This document shows, one piece after another, positions 17,457-26,666 of a stretch of 32,000 nucleotides of DNA. Positions within the stretch are counted from its first letter, which is position 1. Every line of letters begins with the position of its first letter. The stretch comes from Candidatus Heimdallarchaeota archaeon (GTDB taxonomy: Archaea; Asgardarchaeota; Heimdallarchaeia; Heimdallarchaeales; Kariarchaeaceae). Position numbers and translations under genes: made by a program. Where the stretch lies: contig JASBSB010000003.1 of the NCBI GenBank assembly GCA_030149205.1, positions 30,001 through 62,000 of the forward strand. Direction: 5' to 3'. The notes under the pieces were generated by a model that did not search any database, was not told where the DNA came from, and saw nothing but the letters and a program-made list of their open reading frames with translations.

Positions 17457-20400
17457 TTATTCACCATCCTCGAAACTAAAGTCCTCAAAATCATCTTCTT
17501 CGATGAATTGGGTCTTCGCTCCAGTTGCAATCAAAGTTTGGATTGTAACCTCTAGTGCATCGAAAGCCTCCTTCCAATCATCTAAGGTTATCTCATCTTT
17601 CCCATACTTTGCTTTTTCAAATTTATAAGCCAGAATGTTCAGTACAATCACATCAACTGAGGTGATTGAACCTATCTGAGCTACATACATCCTAACAGAC
17701 ATATTATATTTTCTCGGAACCTGTAGAACTTCCTTTCCAGCTCTTTCCAAGGCCTGCCATATAAGGAGAATTGACTCGCGGTAATTTCCCTGGTTTGCTA
17801 ACCTCCTTATATCATCAGTTATGTCAGCAAGTCTGCTGGTTAGCAGCTTTTCACGTTGCCTTCTTCGATACCTCTCAATTAAACTATGACGACGATAGTA
17901 CAGTATCAATACCCCTAACCCAAAAATAAATGCTGCAACAATGAATAGGAAGCTTTGGGATTGTGGATTAACGTTACTTAGGTTAGTAGTTAAAGTAATG
18001 TTTGCAGTAAATGTCTGACCATTTGACACAAAAGTTGTTTGAGTAGTTATTACTGTCCCACTTGGAATTTGTGGAAATGCAGAAATTACAAATTTTGCGC
18101 CCCCAGCATTTACATTCACAGTATTGCCAAACTTATCTTGAACCTTAAAGCTCCATTGAATTGTAGCATTAACCGCATATTCTTTTAATGGAATTGTATA
18201 AACCTCCGTCACAAATGCATTTTTACCAATTGAAGTCGATTTGAACAATGTTGTTTCAATTATAATTTGACTTCCATTTGCATATGTAAAAACCAAGGTG
18301 ACATTTACAAGACCTATTCCTGATGAGAACAGATCAGAAGCATTGAACGATATTGAAACGGTCTCGTTGTCCCACAATTCATAAAAAGTTGCATTGTTTA
18401 ATGGTCTTGGGCTTATCGGAAAAGCCTGTCCGAATTGGTTTTTGATAATTGGTGTAGTTACAACTGGTAAAGACGTATCTACAACGATTGGGTTATGGAT
18501 TGTGGTTGAACCAGAAAAGACCTTAGACACAAAGTCTGTCAATGCTTTATTTCCTACAGTATCACCATATCTAAACCTATAATCAACTTCTACAAGAAAC
18601 TGCAATAAAGAAGAGTTAAACTCAAATTGAAATTGGTTCCCACCAATATTTGTCATGTTTACTATAGATAATTGTCCCCAGGATGTCGTGTTGAATCTGG
18701 TTATTGGATCAATCAATCTTGTTCGATATTGAATCTCTACAAATGAAATCCCAGTAGCATCGGCAGGAGCATTAAAAACAACAAAAAGCTTACTACCATT
18801 GGTTACGGTTCCAATATAGATCCCAAGCTGAGTACTATTTACCTGTACTGCAGTTTTAATATCTACAGGAGTTACAGAAGAATCACCCATTTTTATCATT
18901 AACCCGTTGGTTGAAGCTGGTCCTCTGGGTCTTGTGGTTTGATTCCATTGGGGAAGACTCCTTGAATCTGCGATATTGGTTACTTTGGGATCATAAGCTG
19001 GTGGTCTTCTCGTCGTCCCATCTAGATTTAACCCATTTCCAGCGAGGTCATACGCAATAAAATAGAACTCAACCCATCTACCATTATCAGTAACCCCCCT
19101 AAATGGTACTGTATAGGTAAATACTGCGTTTGTGGTATCATTTATCATTGTGGCCTTTGTAAATGAACCTGAGAATGTAGCATTAATTGGAGAATTTATT
19201 AGATAGTTCGAACTGTATCTGTAATAAATTGTTACATTTCGCATATTGTCAGCTGTTAATGTAAAAGAAAGAAATGAGATACTAATGGTTACTGAATTAG
19301 GAGAACCATTGTCTCCAGAAATAAGCAATTTAGTTAGATCAAAATTAGGTTTCGAATGGTCAGGACCAAACAGAGTGAATTGTTTAGTAACTGTTGCTAA
19401 AACCGCTAGACTGGGGTCTAACAATTTTGCAGTAAACACAAACCCATCTCCTTCAAAATTGGTTAATCTATCTTTGTTGATACCGGATGGGTTTAAAATC
19501 TGAGTAATTGTAGATAACGGCAGTGTAAACACACCATTGTTTGTAGCATTAACAATTTGATTTCCTCCGTTTTTCACAGAGTTATAAAATATTATAGTTT
19601 CACCAATCTGAATGTAATACCCCAGAGGTGCCCTGTTAAAAGCATCTCGAACAGTTAAGCTTATGTTAGCAGTAGGACTTGTGAGTAACCCATTGAATGT
19701 TATGTTAAAGATAGGGGTGTTTATACCATTCATCTGGTATCCAAGAGCTTTCTGAGTTACAAATTGAGGGTTGTTGGTGTAATCAAAGGATCCGTAAGAA
19801 TTAGATAGTCCCAGGGGATTCAACCATTGATCATTTGTGGTTAAAGGGTTATCCACCTTGATTACCACATTAAACGTTCCAGTACCCGTGGTATAAGAAA
19901 GAAGAGTGACTGTTACTGAAAATTGACCCAAAGAGTTTGATTGAGTCTTAATTAACTGAACGTTTAATAAATTACTATCGTTTATGAAAATTGAAATACC
20001 GACCAAGTTTGCTGGATTTGCAGCTGAATCAGTAACAGAACCAGTAATTGTAAATTGTGAGCCAACGGTAAGATAGGTTGATGTTGTGGATGGAATTGTT
20101 GAGGTAACTGTTAAAGTTTGAACTGATCCCTGTAATTTTATAGTCTGAGTAATGGTCTTTGGTGTAACACCTGCAATAGTTGCATTATTGTTTGAGTTCA
20201 TTTCAAATGTGATAACTATATCTTTTGTCACATCATTATACGTACTTGTGTTAAGATTGAATTTGAAATTAAACTTACCATTTGAATCGGTTTTCCCCAG
20301 TTGATTCACTAAAGTTAGAGAATTATACACCATTGTGACTTTATACTGTACTCCTACCAATGTCGTGGGACTTACTCCCCCAGATACAGTCAGGGTTCCA

Positions 20401-21515
20401 GTGAAATTGACCAGTTGATTTGCTCTTTGGTACCTTTTGATTGGATCAAACGCGACAGCAGCGACAGTTGTACTAAGGCCAAATACGTAGTTGACATCAA
20501 CAGTTAACACCGTTTTGTTTGAGATTACAGGTGAGGTTAAGTTGGTCTCAGAATTAAATTCCAAGTAGGGGAGAAATGCAAGGTAATTTGCCAATGATAC
20601 TGTTTCTGCTATATTGATACTTACTGTCTGGGAACCGGTATTCGAGGCAATTGAAATAGATGAAGAGCTAAATGGGACATTCGAAGCAGACGCCTGTGTT
20701 GCAGTATTCGCAGTCCCCGTAGTAACGGGAGTATAAACTTCAGATAATGAATATGTGATAGCTGAGGTAGAAACTACAGTATTGAATTCATTTTGATATG
20801 TAAAGGTTGCAGGATTAAATGGACTGGTATCTGAATGTTCCAATGTTATAAGTATATTGTAAGGGGTGTTTGGGGGGACTGTAGTAACAAGTTGGTCGGT
20901 TGTGATTTTGAGTGTTATAACGTCAAAAACAGTAATCACGCCAGATTTTACAGTTCCAGGTAACCTAAATAGAGAAGGGTTACCTCCAAAATAAACTGAG
21001 TAATTATGTGCACCTATATCAGCAACTGTATAAGTAAGTGCGAAGTTGAATGTGCCTCCAGAGCCAGTTACTACAGATTGATTTGCATATCCTTCTCTGA
21101 TCAGAATTACTGTTTCTCCTACCCAATAATCATTTGGAGCTGATGATTTCAAAACACCATTAATATTCAGTTGAACACCAATTTGAGTTTTATAATTCTG
21201 AACTGCAAGGGTTTTAAAGCCAGTCTTTTGTTTGGGAAGAGATTGTAATTTAAAATCGTAATTTTGGATATTATTTTTATTTTGATTCATATTAGTTGTT
21301 ATCTCTTCATTTGACTTTGTAGGAACCTCTGAGTTTAAACCAGGTTGAGATAAAATTATTGAGGATTTCGAATTGTGACTGTGAGAAGTTAAATTAGTTG
21401 GGATGTTAGTTTTTGAGCTATGGATGATCCTTGCTGATTCTTGAAAAGCAATTGTAGTAAAAACTGAGCTTGTAAGAAGCACAAACATTAGGACAACTAG
21501 GTAAACTTTCTTCAT
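17457..21515 (-). CDS. 1352-aa surface protein: signal peptide, multiple Ig-like beta-sandwich modules, one TM helix, cytoplasmic DUF4129 and acidic tail
   Basis: Signal peptide MKKVYLVVLMFVLL; recurrent TDSNGKF, TGSGGTF and SNSLGQF Ig-like motifs; about 30 N-x-S/T sequons by hand count; TM FLFIVAAFIFGLGVLILYY; LAYKFEKAKYG (DUF4129). Confidence 0.85.
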   Translation of the reverse strand: MKKVYLVVLMFVLLTSSVFTTIAFQESARIIHSSKTNIPTNLTSHSHNSKSSIILSQPGLNSEVPTKSNEEITTNMNQNKNNIQNYDFKLQSLPKQKTGFKTLAVQNYKTQIGVQLNINGVLKSSAPNDYWVGETVILIREGYANQSVVTGSGGTFNFALTYTVADIGAHNYSVYFGGNPSLFRLPGTVKSGVITVFDVITLKITTDQLVTTVPPNTPYNILITLEHSDTSPFNPATFTYQNEFNTVVSTSAITYSLSEVYTPVTTGTANTATQASASNVPFSSSSISIASNTGSQTVSINIAETVSLANYLAFLPYLEFNSETNLTSPVISNKTVLTVDVNYVFGLSTTVAAVAFDPIKRYQRANQLVNFTGTLTVSGGVSPTTLVGVQYKVTMVYNSLTLVNQLGKTDSNGKFNFKFNLNTSTYNDVTKDIVITFEMNSNNNATIAGVTPKTITQTIKLQGSVQTLTVTSTIPSTTSTYLTVGSQFTITGSVTDSAANPANLVGISIFINDSNLLNVQLIKTQSNSLGQFSVTVTLLSYTTGTGTFNVVIKVDNPLTTNDQWLNPLGLSNSYGSFDYTNNPQFVTQKALGYQMNGINTPIFNITFNGLLTSPTANISLTVRDAFNRAPLGYYIQIGETIIFYNSVKNGGNQIVNATNNGVFTLPLSTITQILNPSGINKDRLTNFEGDGFVFTAKLLDPSLAVLATVTKQFTLFGPDHSKPNFDLTKLLISGDNGSPNSVTISISFLSFTLTADNMRNVTIYYRYSSNYLINSPINATFSGSFTKATMINDTTNAVFTYTVPFRGVTDNGRWVEFYFIAYDLAGNGLNLDGTTRRPPAYDPKVTNIADSRSLPQWNQTTRPRGPASTNGLMIKMGDSSVTPVDIKTAVQVNSTQLGIYIGTVTNGSKLFVVFNAPADATGISFVEIQYRTRLIDPITRFNTTSWGQLSIVNMTNIGGNQFQFEFNSSLLQFLVEVDYRFRYGDTVGNKALTDFVSKVFSGSTTIHNPIVVDTSLPVVTTPIIKNQFGQAFPISPRPLNNATFYELWDNETVSISFNASDLFSSGIGLVNVTLVFTYANGSQIIIETTLFKSTSIGKNAFVTEVYTIPLKEYAVNATIQWSFKVQDKFGNTVNVNAGGAKFVISAFPQIPSGTVITTQTTFVSNGQTFTANITLTTNLSNVNPQSQSFLFIVAAFIFGLGVLILYYRRHSLIERYRRRQREKLLTSRLADITDDIRRLANQGNYRESILLIWQALERAGKEVLQVPRKYNMSVRMYVAQIGSITSVDVIVLNILAYKFEKAKYGKDEITLDDWKEAFDALEVTIQTLIATGAKTQFIEEDDFEDFSFEDGE

Positions 21516-24500
21516 TTTTGCAACCTACCTTTATTTATCGCATTTAATTCAGGACTGATAGTCTGAAATTTGAGTGGTTCTATCCTGGATGTATTTGGCA
21601 AATTCAATCCAGAAGCCGGAGGTGAGGCAACACTAATAACAAAAAATGTGCTAGATGTACCATTCTTGATTAGATTATATCTACTAAATCCATCGCTCAC
21701 GACAATAACATAGTATTGACCTGCCCCTATATCACTAGCGTTCACATTTAACGTTGAGCTTGCGTTACCTAATGAGTCAGTAATTAATCCTCCCGAAGCA
21801 TAGGTGGTTGGGTGGGTCACAACTTTTGAAAGGTTATAGTATGCTGAACTTTCCGTCTGACCTGCAATGAAAGTTGCAAACGAATTGTAATCAGTAATCC
21901 CTGCTCCGTCATATAATGCTTTATTCACAAACATGTATTGCAATGGAGCATTAGCTATTCCTGCTGGTTGAGCTAGTAGTGTAGCGACTGATAACATTGT
22001 AGTGTTTACTTGCCATGTATTGTATATTTTTCCTGATGAAATAACAGATGTGTTAAAGTATGCTGAGTTTAACATCGCTGCTTGACTTGACACTAAAACA
22101 GCAACTGGGTTTGAAAAAATACTTGTTCCTTCCCAATAGGCTAAAAAGAAATAAATCTGATCATTTACTGGGTAGGTTGCACTTTTATTGAAACTAAATG
22201 TCATCTTCCACTTAGAATTACCAGTTGAATTTGTAGTAGATGGATTAGAACCAACAGTCATTATCCCTTGAGCAAAACTCTTAGCGTTTGAAATTGCTGT
22301 TTGTCCCAAATTTGCTAGATTTAATGAATTATATTGAGATTGTGTGAAAAGAAGCAGGCTAACAGATTGCGAAGACATGACATTACTTGGAGACTGAGTA
22401 CTTGATTTGTAAAGTGTTGTTACTAAATTAAACCCGACTTCAGGCGTAACAATATACCCTGTCGCATTTACACCAGAAATAGTTTGTGGGACAAGTTTTT
22501 CACCAACTAGCACACTAGTCCCATTACGTATCCACCCAATACCTGTATAATTGTAACTCAATCCAGATATTGCGGCAATTCCATAGCCATTTGTGGGCAA
22601 TCCAGAACCAGGGTTTATAGCTGCAGCTATATCCATTGCCTTGACTGTGGTTATAACCGTTGTTGAGGTTCCAATGGTAAGATTCCCCAGATCATTTACA
22701 GTTCCATTCAGTAAATAATAACCTTTTGAGTTAGTTTGAAAATTGCCAAATGTAATTCCTGCAGTTGTGGGGTCTTTAATGGAACCCGATTGAACTTGCA
22801 GTAGAGTTTGTTCATCATAAAATTTCATTAGTAGGTTTTGATTTGCAGCGGGACTTCCACTAAGGCTTGCACTTACATTTATTTGGAAATTGTTTCCAAA
22901 AGTCTGTAAATTAAACGGGATTTGAGGAACTGAGCTTTTCCCTGAGGTAGTAGAAACTTTTATTTTAGTTTGTGTACTCATAGCGTTTCTACCATAGGCC
23001 ACAATTCCATTGGCGAGTTGGCTAAATATTGGAATTGGGTTAAATATTGCCCAACTATAATATGTACCGGTTGAATTTTGCCAAGGAATAAGTGATTCCA
23101 CCCAATAATGAATATCTTTCATCTTTAATTGTATTTCATTCCCTTGGATAGCCCCTCCAGCCAAACCTAAAACTAATCTCGTGGGAATATTGAATGATCG
23201 TAACATATTAACATACCCAGGAAGTAGTTCTTTAAGCCCCCATGACAATGCACCATTACTTTCTAACGCTTGGTAAAAGTAATGACCCTTGTCTGTACTT
23301 CCCCCGGTTGTTGGTTGACCTTGTACTGGATCTAATGATAAGGTTCCCTTTTGATATGCATCTAAAATTACACTTTGAATAAAATTGGTCACTGCAACTG
23401 TGGCAGAGTAAACTGAGGTATTTCCTGCAAAACTGTTTTTGAATTCATTATATTTTCGGGTAAAAGCATCAGCTACACCAATTTGTTGATTTTGGTAGAT
23501 ATAGTTTTGTTGACCTGGCAATGAGTTAACACCCCAAGTTGATGAAACTCCTGCCCCATTCGACTGTAATTTTGTCGCGGGAACTCTATCACTTGGAATC
23601 CCTGCAAAATAGTTGGAAATTTGGCTAAGAGGTACTGAACGAGAGCTAATTGATGATTTATCTTCAGCTTTCCAAACAGCAGGGACAACAATGCCACCTT
23701 GAGAGGTGGACTGAGAGAATTTAGCCGAAATTCGAGGTTGTTCATTTACTCCTCTTACAACAGATGAACTTACAAGTGATACATTATTATTAGAAAAATA
23801 AGAATATGATTTTGTATCTGCAAGTTGTGAACCGTAGAGAGAGTTCCAAAATGAAAGTAAAGGTTGATTATAAGTCGACCCAATAGTATAATAAGAGTTT
23901 GAAATTTGAAAACTTCTTAGTGAAGATGGATCTTGTCCAGTTGTAGGAACAGTTGTTGGGATGAATGGCATTGTGGTTACAGTGTCACCTTGCTTAAAAT
24001 CATTTGCAGTTGGATCCCAGGTATCTGAGATTTGCCACCGAAACAGGTAAATGTCACGTTGAGGGTTTAACCCAAGTCCATCTGTTGGGGTAACATTGGC
24101 AACAATCTGGTTAGCCAAATTAGGTGTCATTCCGTTTAATAGTTTCATAAGAGCATTTGATAACTCATCATAAAATGGAGAGGTCAATTTTGAAAGGTCA
24201 AACTGTGTGTTGTTTGGTTTAAATTGATTATCTGGAATCTGCCGTACGATGTAAGGCTCAATAAAGAAGGGTGATATCAATGAAGTGAAAATAAGAACCA
24301 CAATTGTAATGGTAACCAATTGTCTAAATGATTTATTCCATTTTTTAGGGTTGAATCCTTGGGTAAATATTGCATACCCTAAAAATGTTGCAATAGTTGT
24401 TCCCACAATTCCAGTTATCGCAAATTGAAGGATAGGATTCATGGTCGTAAAAAAGGAATGAATTCCTCTAAAAAGTCCGTTGCTTGAATTTGTGAATGAA

Positions 24501-24697
24501 CCTATACTATCAAGATATGCTATGAGTGCATAAGTTCCAAAGATAGCTCCAAATGTTATCTGAGGGATTTTTTTTGGTGGTATTGAAGGTAACTTAATAC
24601 GTGGTTCTTTTCTCCTAAATTTTTTAATAACGACATTCCCTTCTTTATCGAGAGTTCGAATGGTAATTCCTTTCTTTTTCCTTTTTTTTGAGCTCAT
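21512..24697 (-). CDS. Transglutaminase-like (TgpA-type) membrane protein lacking the catalytic Cys; 3 N-terminal TM helices and a beta-rich C-terminal ectodomain
   Basis: MLRSFNIPTRLVLGLAGG...IHYWVE...WAIFNPIP is the TGase core. The translation contains no Cys. Its stop overlaps the next start (ATGA), and it has a GGTGGT SD. Confidence 0.82.
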   Translation of the reverse strand: MSSKKRKKKGITIRTLDKEGNVVIKKFRRKEPRIKLPSIPPKKIPQITFGAIFGTYALIAYLDSIGSFTNSSNGLFRGIHSFFTTMNPILQFAITGIVGTTIATFLGYAIFTQGFNPKKWNKSFRQLVTITIVVLIFTSLISPFFIEPYIVRQIPDNQFKPNNTQFDLSKLTSPFYDELSNALMKLLNGMTPNLANQIVANVTPTDGLGLNPQRDIYLFRWQISDTWDPTANDFKQGDTVTTMPFIPTTVPTTGQDPSSLRSFQISNSYYTIGSTYNQPLLSFWNSLYGSQLADTKSYSYFSNNNVSLVSSSVVRGVNEQPRISAKFSQSTSQGGIVVPAVWKAEDKSSISSRSVPLSQISNYFAGIPSDRVPATKLQSNGAGVSSTWGVNSLPGQQNYIYQNQQIGVADAFTRKYNEFKNSFAGNTSVYSATVAVTNFIQSVILDAYQKGTLSLDPVQGQPTTGGSTDKGHYFYQALESNGALSWGLKELLPGYVNMLRSFNIPTRLVLGLAGGAIQGNEIQLKMKDIHYWVESLIPWQNSTGTYYSWAIFNPIPIFSQLANGIVAYGRNAMSTQTKIKVSTTSGKSSVPQIPFNLQTFGNNFQINVSASLSGSPAANQNLLMKFYDEQTLLQVQSGSIKDPTTAGITFGNFQTNSKGYYLLNGTVNDLGNLTIGTSTTVITTVKAMDIAAAINPGSGLPTNGYGIAAISGLSYNYTGIGWIRNGTSVLVGEKLVPQTISGVNATGYIVTPEVGFNLVTTLYKSSTQSPSNVMSSQSVSLLLFTQSQYNSLNLANLGQTAISNAKSFAQGIMTVGSNPSTTNSTGNSKWKMTFSFNKSATYPVNDQIYFFLAYWEGTSIFSNPVAVLVSSQAAMLNSAYFNTSVISSGKIYNTWQVNTTMLSVATLLAQPAGIANAPLQYMFVNKALYDGAGITDYNSFATFIAGQTESSAYYNLSKVVTHPTTYASGGLITDSLGNASSTLNVNASDIGAGQYYVIVVSDGFSRYNLIKNGTSSTFFVISVASPPASGLNLPNTSRIEPLKFQTISPELNAINKGRLQK

Positions 24698-24711
24698 ATT
24701 ACCACCAAATA

Positions 24712-24730
24712 TTCAAGATTTAATCTTGAA
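24712..24730. repeat. Perfect inverted repeat TTCAAGATT-t-AATCTTGAA upstream of the surface operon
   Basis: Read directly: 9-bp arms with a 1-nt spacer, 15-33 nt upstream of ATG 24697. Confidence 0.65.
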
Positions 24731-24854
24731 CAGGGTTAAATTAACTTATTTTCATTCATACTTATCTTTAATAAACTTAATCGAATCAGGTTACTTTTAT
24801 GATTGAATTTACTCAGTCCTTATCCTAATACAAAACAGGTTTGCAATTTTTCAA

Positions 24855-25484
24855 TTAATTACGAGTTCTTAGATCATTTGCTATCAAATCCACAATAATT
24901 GAAATGGATTGGTCACCCTTAATACGGATAAACGAGTACTTTTCCTGTAATCTCTCATACTTTTGGTGTAAAATCCTTAATTTAGTTAAATCTTCGAATT
25001 TTTCCTTTACCACCCTATTTTGTTTGGTTAACCTTTCCATTGCCTCTTCCGGGGATATATCGATGTAATAAACTATGTCTGCCTCGGGTACATGAGAGTT
25101 TATTTCTTCTAACCAACTCATTTTCACCTCACCAAGACTTTGATACACTATTGATGAGTACTTATATCTGTCAGAAATAACGGTGAACCCCTCGGTCAAC
25201 TTAGTTTTAATTTTGTAGGAGTAATGTTCAATTCTATCGGCAGCAAAAAGCAAAGCGTCAACTTGTGGAATAGAATCAGGTGATTTTAGATAGGTTCGAC
25301 ATAACTTCCCTATGGGGCTTGAGGTAGGTTCATTGGTAATAATGTGTTTAATTTTTAATTCATTAAGCTTTTCACTTAATTTCTTGATAATTGTAGTTTT
25401 ACCTGACCCATCTATTCCCTCAATAACTACAAATTTGCCCAATTTTGTTTGACTCTCCACAACTAGTTCACTGAAGTTATTCAC
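24855..25484 (-). CDS. tmk: Thymidylate kinase
   Basis: VIEGIDGSGKTT P-loop, TNEPT, ALLFAADR and SDRYKYSSIVYQ. GTG start. Confidence 0.96.
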   Translation of the reverse strand: MNNFSELVVESQTKLGKFVVIEGIDGSGKTTIIKKLSEKLNELKIKHIITNEPTSSPIGKLCRTYLKSPDSIPQVDALLFAADRIEHYSYKIKTKLTEGFTVISDRYKYSSIVYQSLGEVKMSWLEEINSHVPEADIVYYIDISPEEAMERLTKQNRVVKEKFEDLTKLRILHQKYERLQEKYSFIRIKGDQSISIIVDLIANDLRTRN

Positions 25485-25535
25485 TTAAATTTATTGTATC
25501 TTTCGAAATTTAAACACAAGTATTATCAATTTCCA

Positions 25536-26552
25536 TCAAATTTGCTCAAGTTTTTCAATTACCTCGTTTACATCATCTTCAGAAATCATTCGATTGGTTG
25601 TAAACCTAACGGTGGTTTGACCAAAAGGTACAATGAGTATTCCCAGCTCCTCCAACTTTTGGACAGCTACTGTAGAATTTTCAAATTTTCCTGAGACATC
25701 AGCGACCAGTATGTTAGTTTGGGGTTCTGTAATCTTAAATCCAAGATTTTTAAGCCCTATAGCTAATTTCTGTGCATTTTGATGATCCTCTACCAAGCGA
25801 GTTCTCATGTTTTTTAATGCAAACAAACCTGGTGCAGCTATTACTCCTGCCTGTCGCATCCCACCCCCAAGCATTTTCCTCTTCTTTCTTGCCTTCTTAA
25901 CAAAAGATTCACTTCCAGCCACCATAGATCCAATTGGGGCACTTAATCCCTTTGAAAGACAAAACTGTATTGAATCTAAATTTTTTGTGTAGTCCTTTAA
26001 ATCCGCATTGTAATAAATTGCTGCATTGAATATTCTAGCACCATCTAAATGCACTTTTAATCCCAGTTCATGCGCCTTTTCAGCAGTCTTGGATATATCT
26101 TCAGGTGAAAAAGCAACACCGCCATGTCTGTTGTGAGTGTTTTCTAAGGACAGAAGGGTAGGTTCTGGAAAATGGATATTTGCAGGTCTAATATTTTGCT
26201 CAAGTTGCTCAGGAGAGATTAACCCATGTTCTGTATCAATCAATTTAGGAATAACACCCGCAACTGCAGAAATTCCGCCCACCTCATAATAATAGATATG
26301 TGATTGACTTTCTAACAATAATTCATTCCCTGGTTTTGTTTGTGATAACACTGAAATTAGATTTCCCTGAGTTCCACTGGAGACTAACAATGCATCCTCT
26401 ACATTGAAAAGGTTTGCTGCATACTCTTCTAACTGATTAACAGTTGGATCATCTTCAAAAACGTCATCACCCAGAGGAGTGTTGATTATTGTTTCTAACA
26501 TTTCCTTTGTGGGGATTGTGATTGTATCACTCCTTAAATCAATAATGTGCAT
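25536..26552 (-). CDS. ltaE: Low-specificity L-threonine aldolase (PLP-dependent)
   Basis: IDLRSDT, GDDVFEDDPTV, ENTHN, HLDGARIFNAA, FCLSKGLSAPIGS (PLP Lys) and GGGMRQAG. ATG 26552 is preferred over TTG 26555. Confidence 0.96.
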   Translation of the reverse strand: MHIIDLRSDTITIPTKEMLETIINTPLGDDVFEDDPTVNQLEEYAANLFNVEDALLVSSGTQGNLISVLSQTKPGNELLLESQSHIYYYEVGGISAVAGVIPKLIDTEHGLISPEQLEQNIRPANIHFPEPTLLSLENTHNRHGGVAFSPEDISKTAEKAHELGLKVHLDGARIFNAAIYYNADLKDYTKNLDSIQFCLSKGLSAPIGSMVAGSESFVKKARKKRKMLGGGMRQAGVIAAPGLFALKNMRTRLVEDHQNAQKLAIGLKNLGFKITEPQTNILVADVSGKFENSTVAVQKLEELGILIVPFGQTTVRFTTNRMISEDDVNEVIEKLEQI

Positions 26553-26666
26553 CAAGTTGATGATACAACCGTGTTTGATAAATTTAATTGTTGAGGAATT
26601 TTCTGTGAGAAATAATATTGTTATGTTGTAATAATTAATTAAATTATTTGCTATGTTGAATATATC

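Noticed and set aside
17456-17530. N-terminal 25-aa extension of the small DUF4129 ORF as listed (start 17530)
   Set aside because: It overlaps the upstream gene's 3' end. ATG 17455 has an SD and coupling geometry.
21500-21530. Possibility that the TGase and 1352-aa genes are one frameshifted TgpA-like gene
   Set aside because: The downstream ORF has its own ATG, SD-like AGGTAGGT and signal peptide, and the ATGA overlap is typical translational coupling.
14576-26552. folE, tmk and ltaE as a one-carbon/thymidylate cluster
   Set aside because: folE is separated from the others by a 9.5-kb unrelated operon and no other pathway genes are present; the adjacency looks incidental.
26630-26648. AT-only inverted repeat AATAATT-N5-AATTATT
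   Set aside because: It is expected by chance in a very AT-rich spacer.
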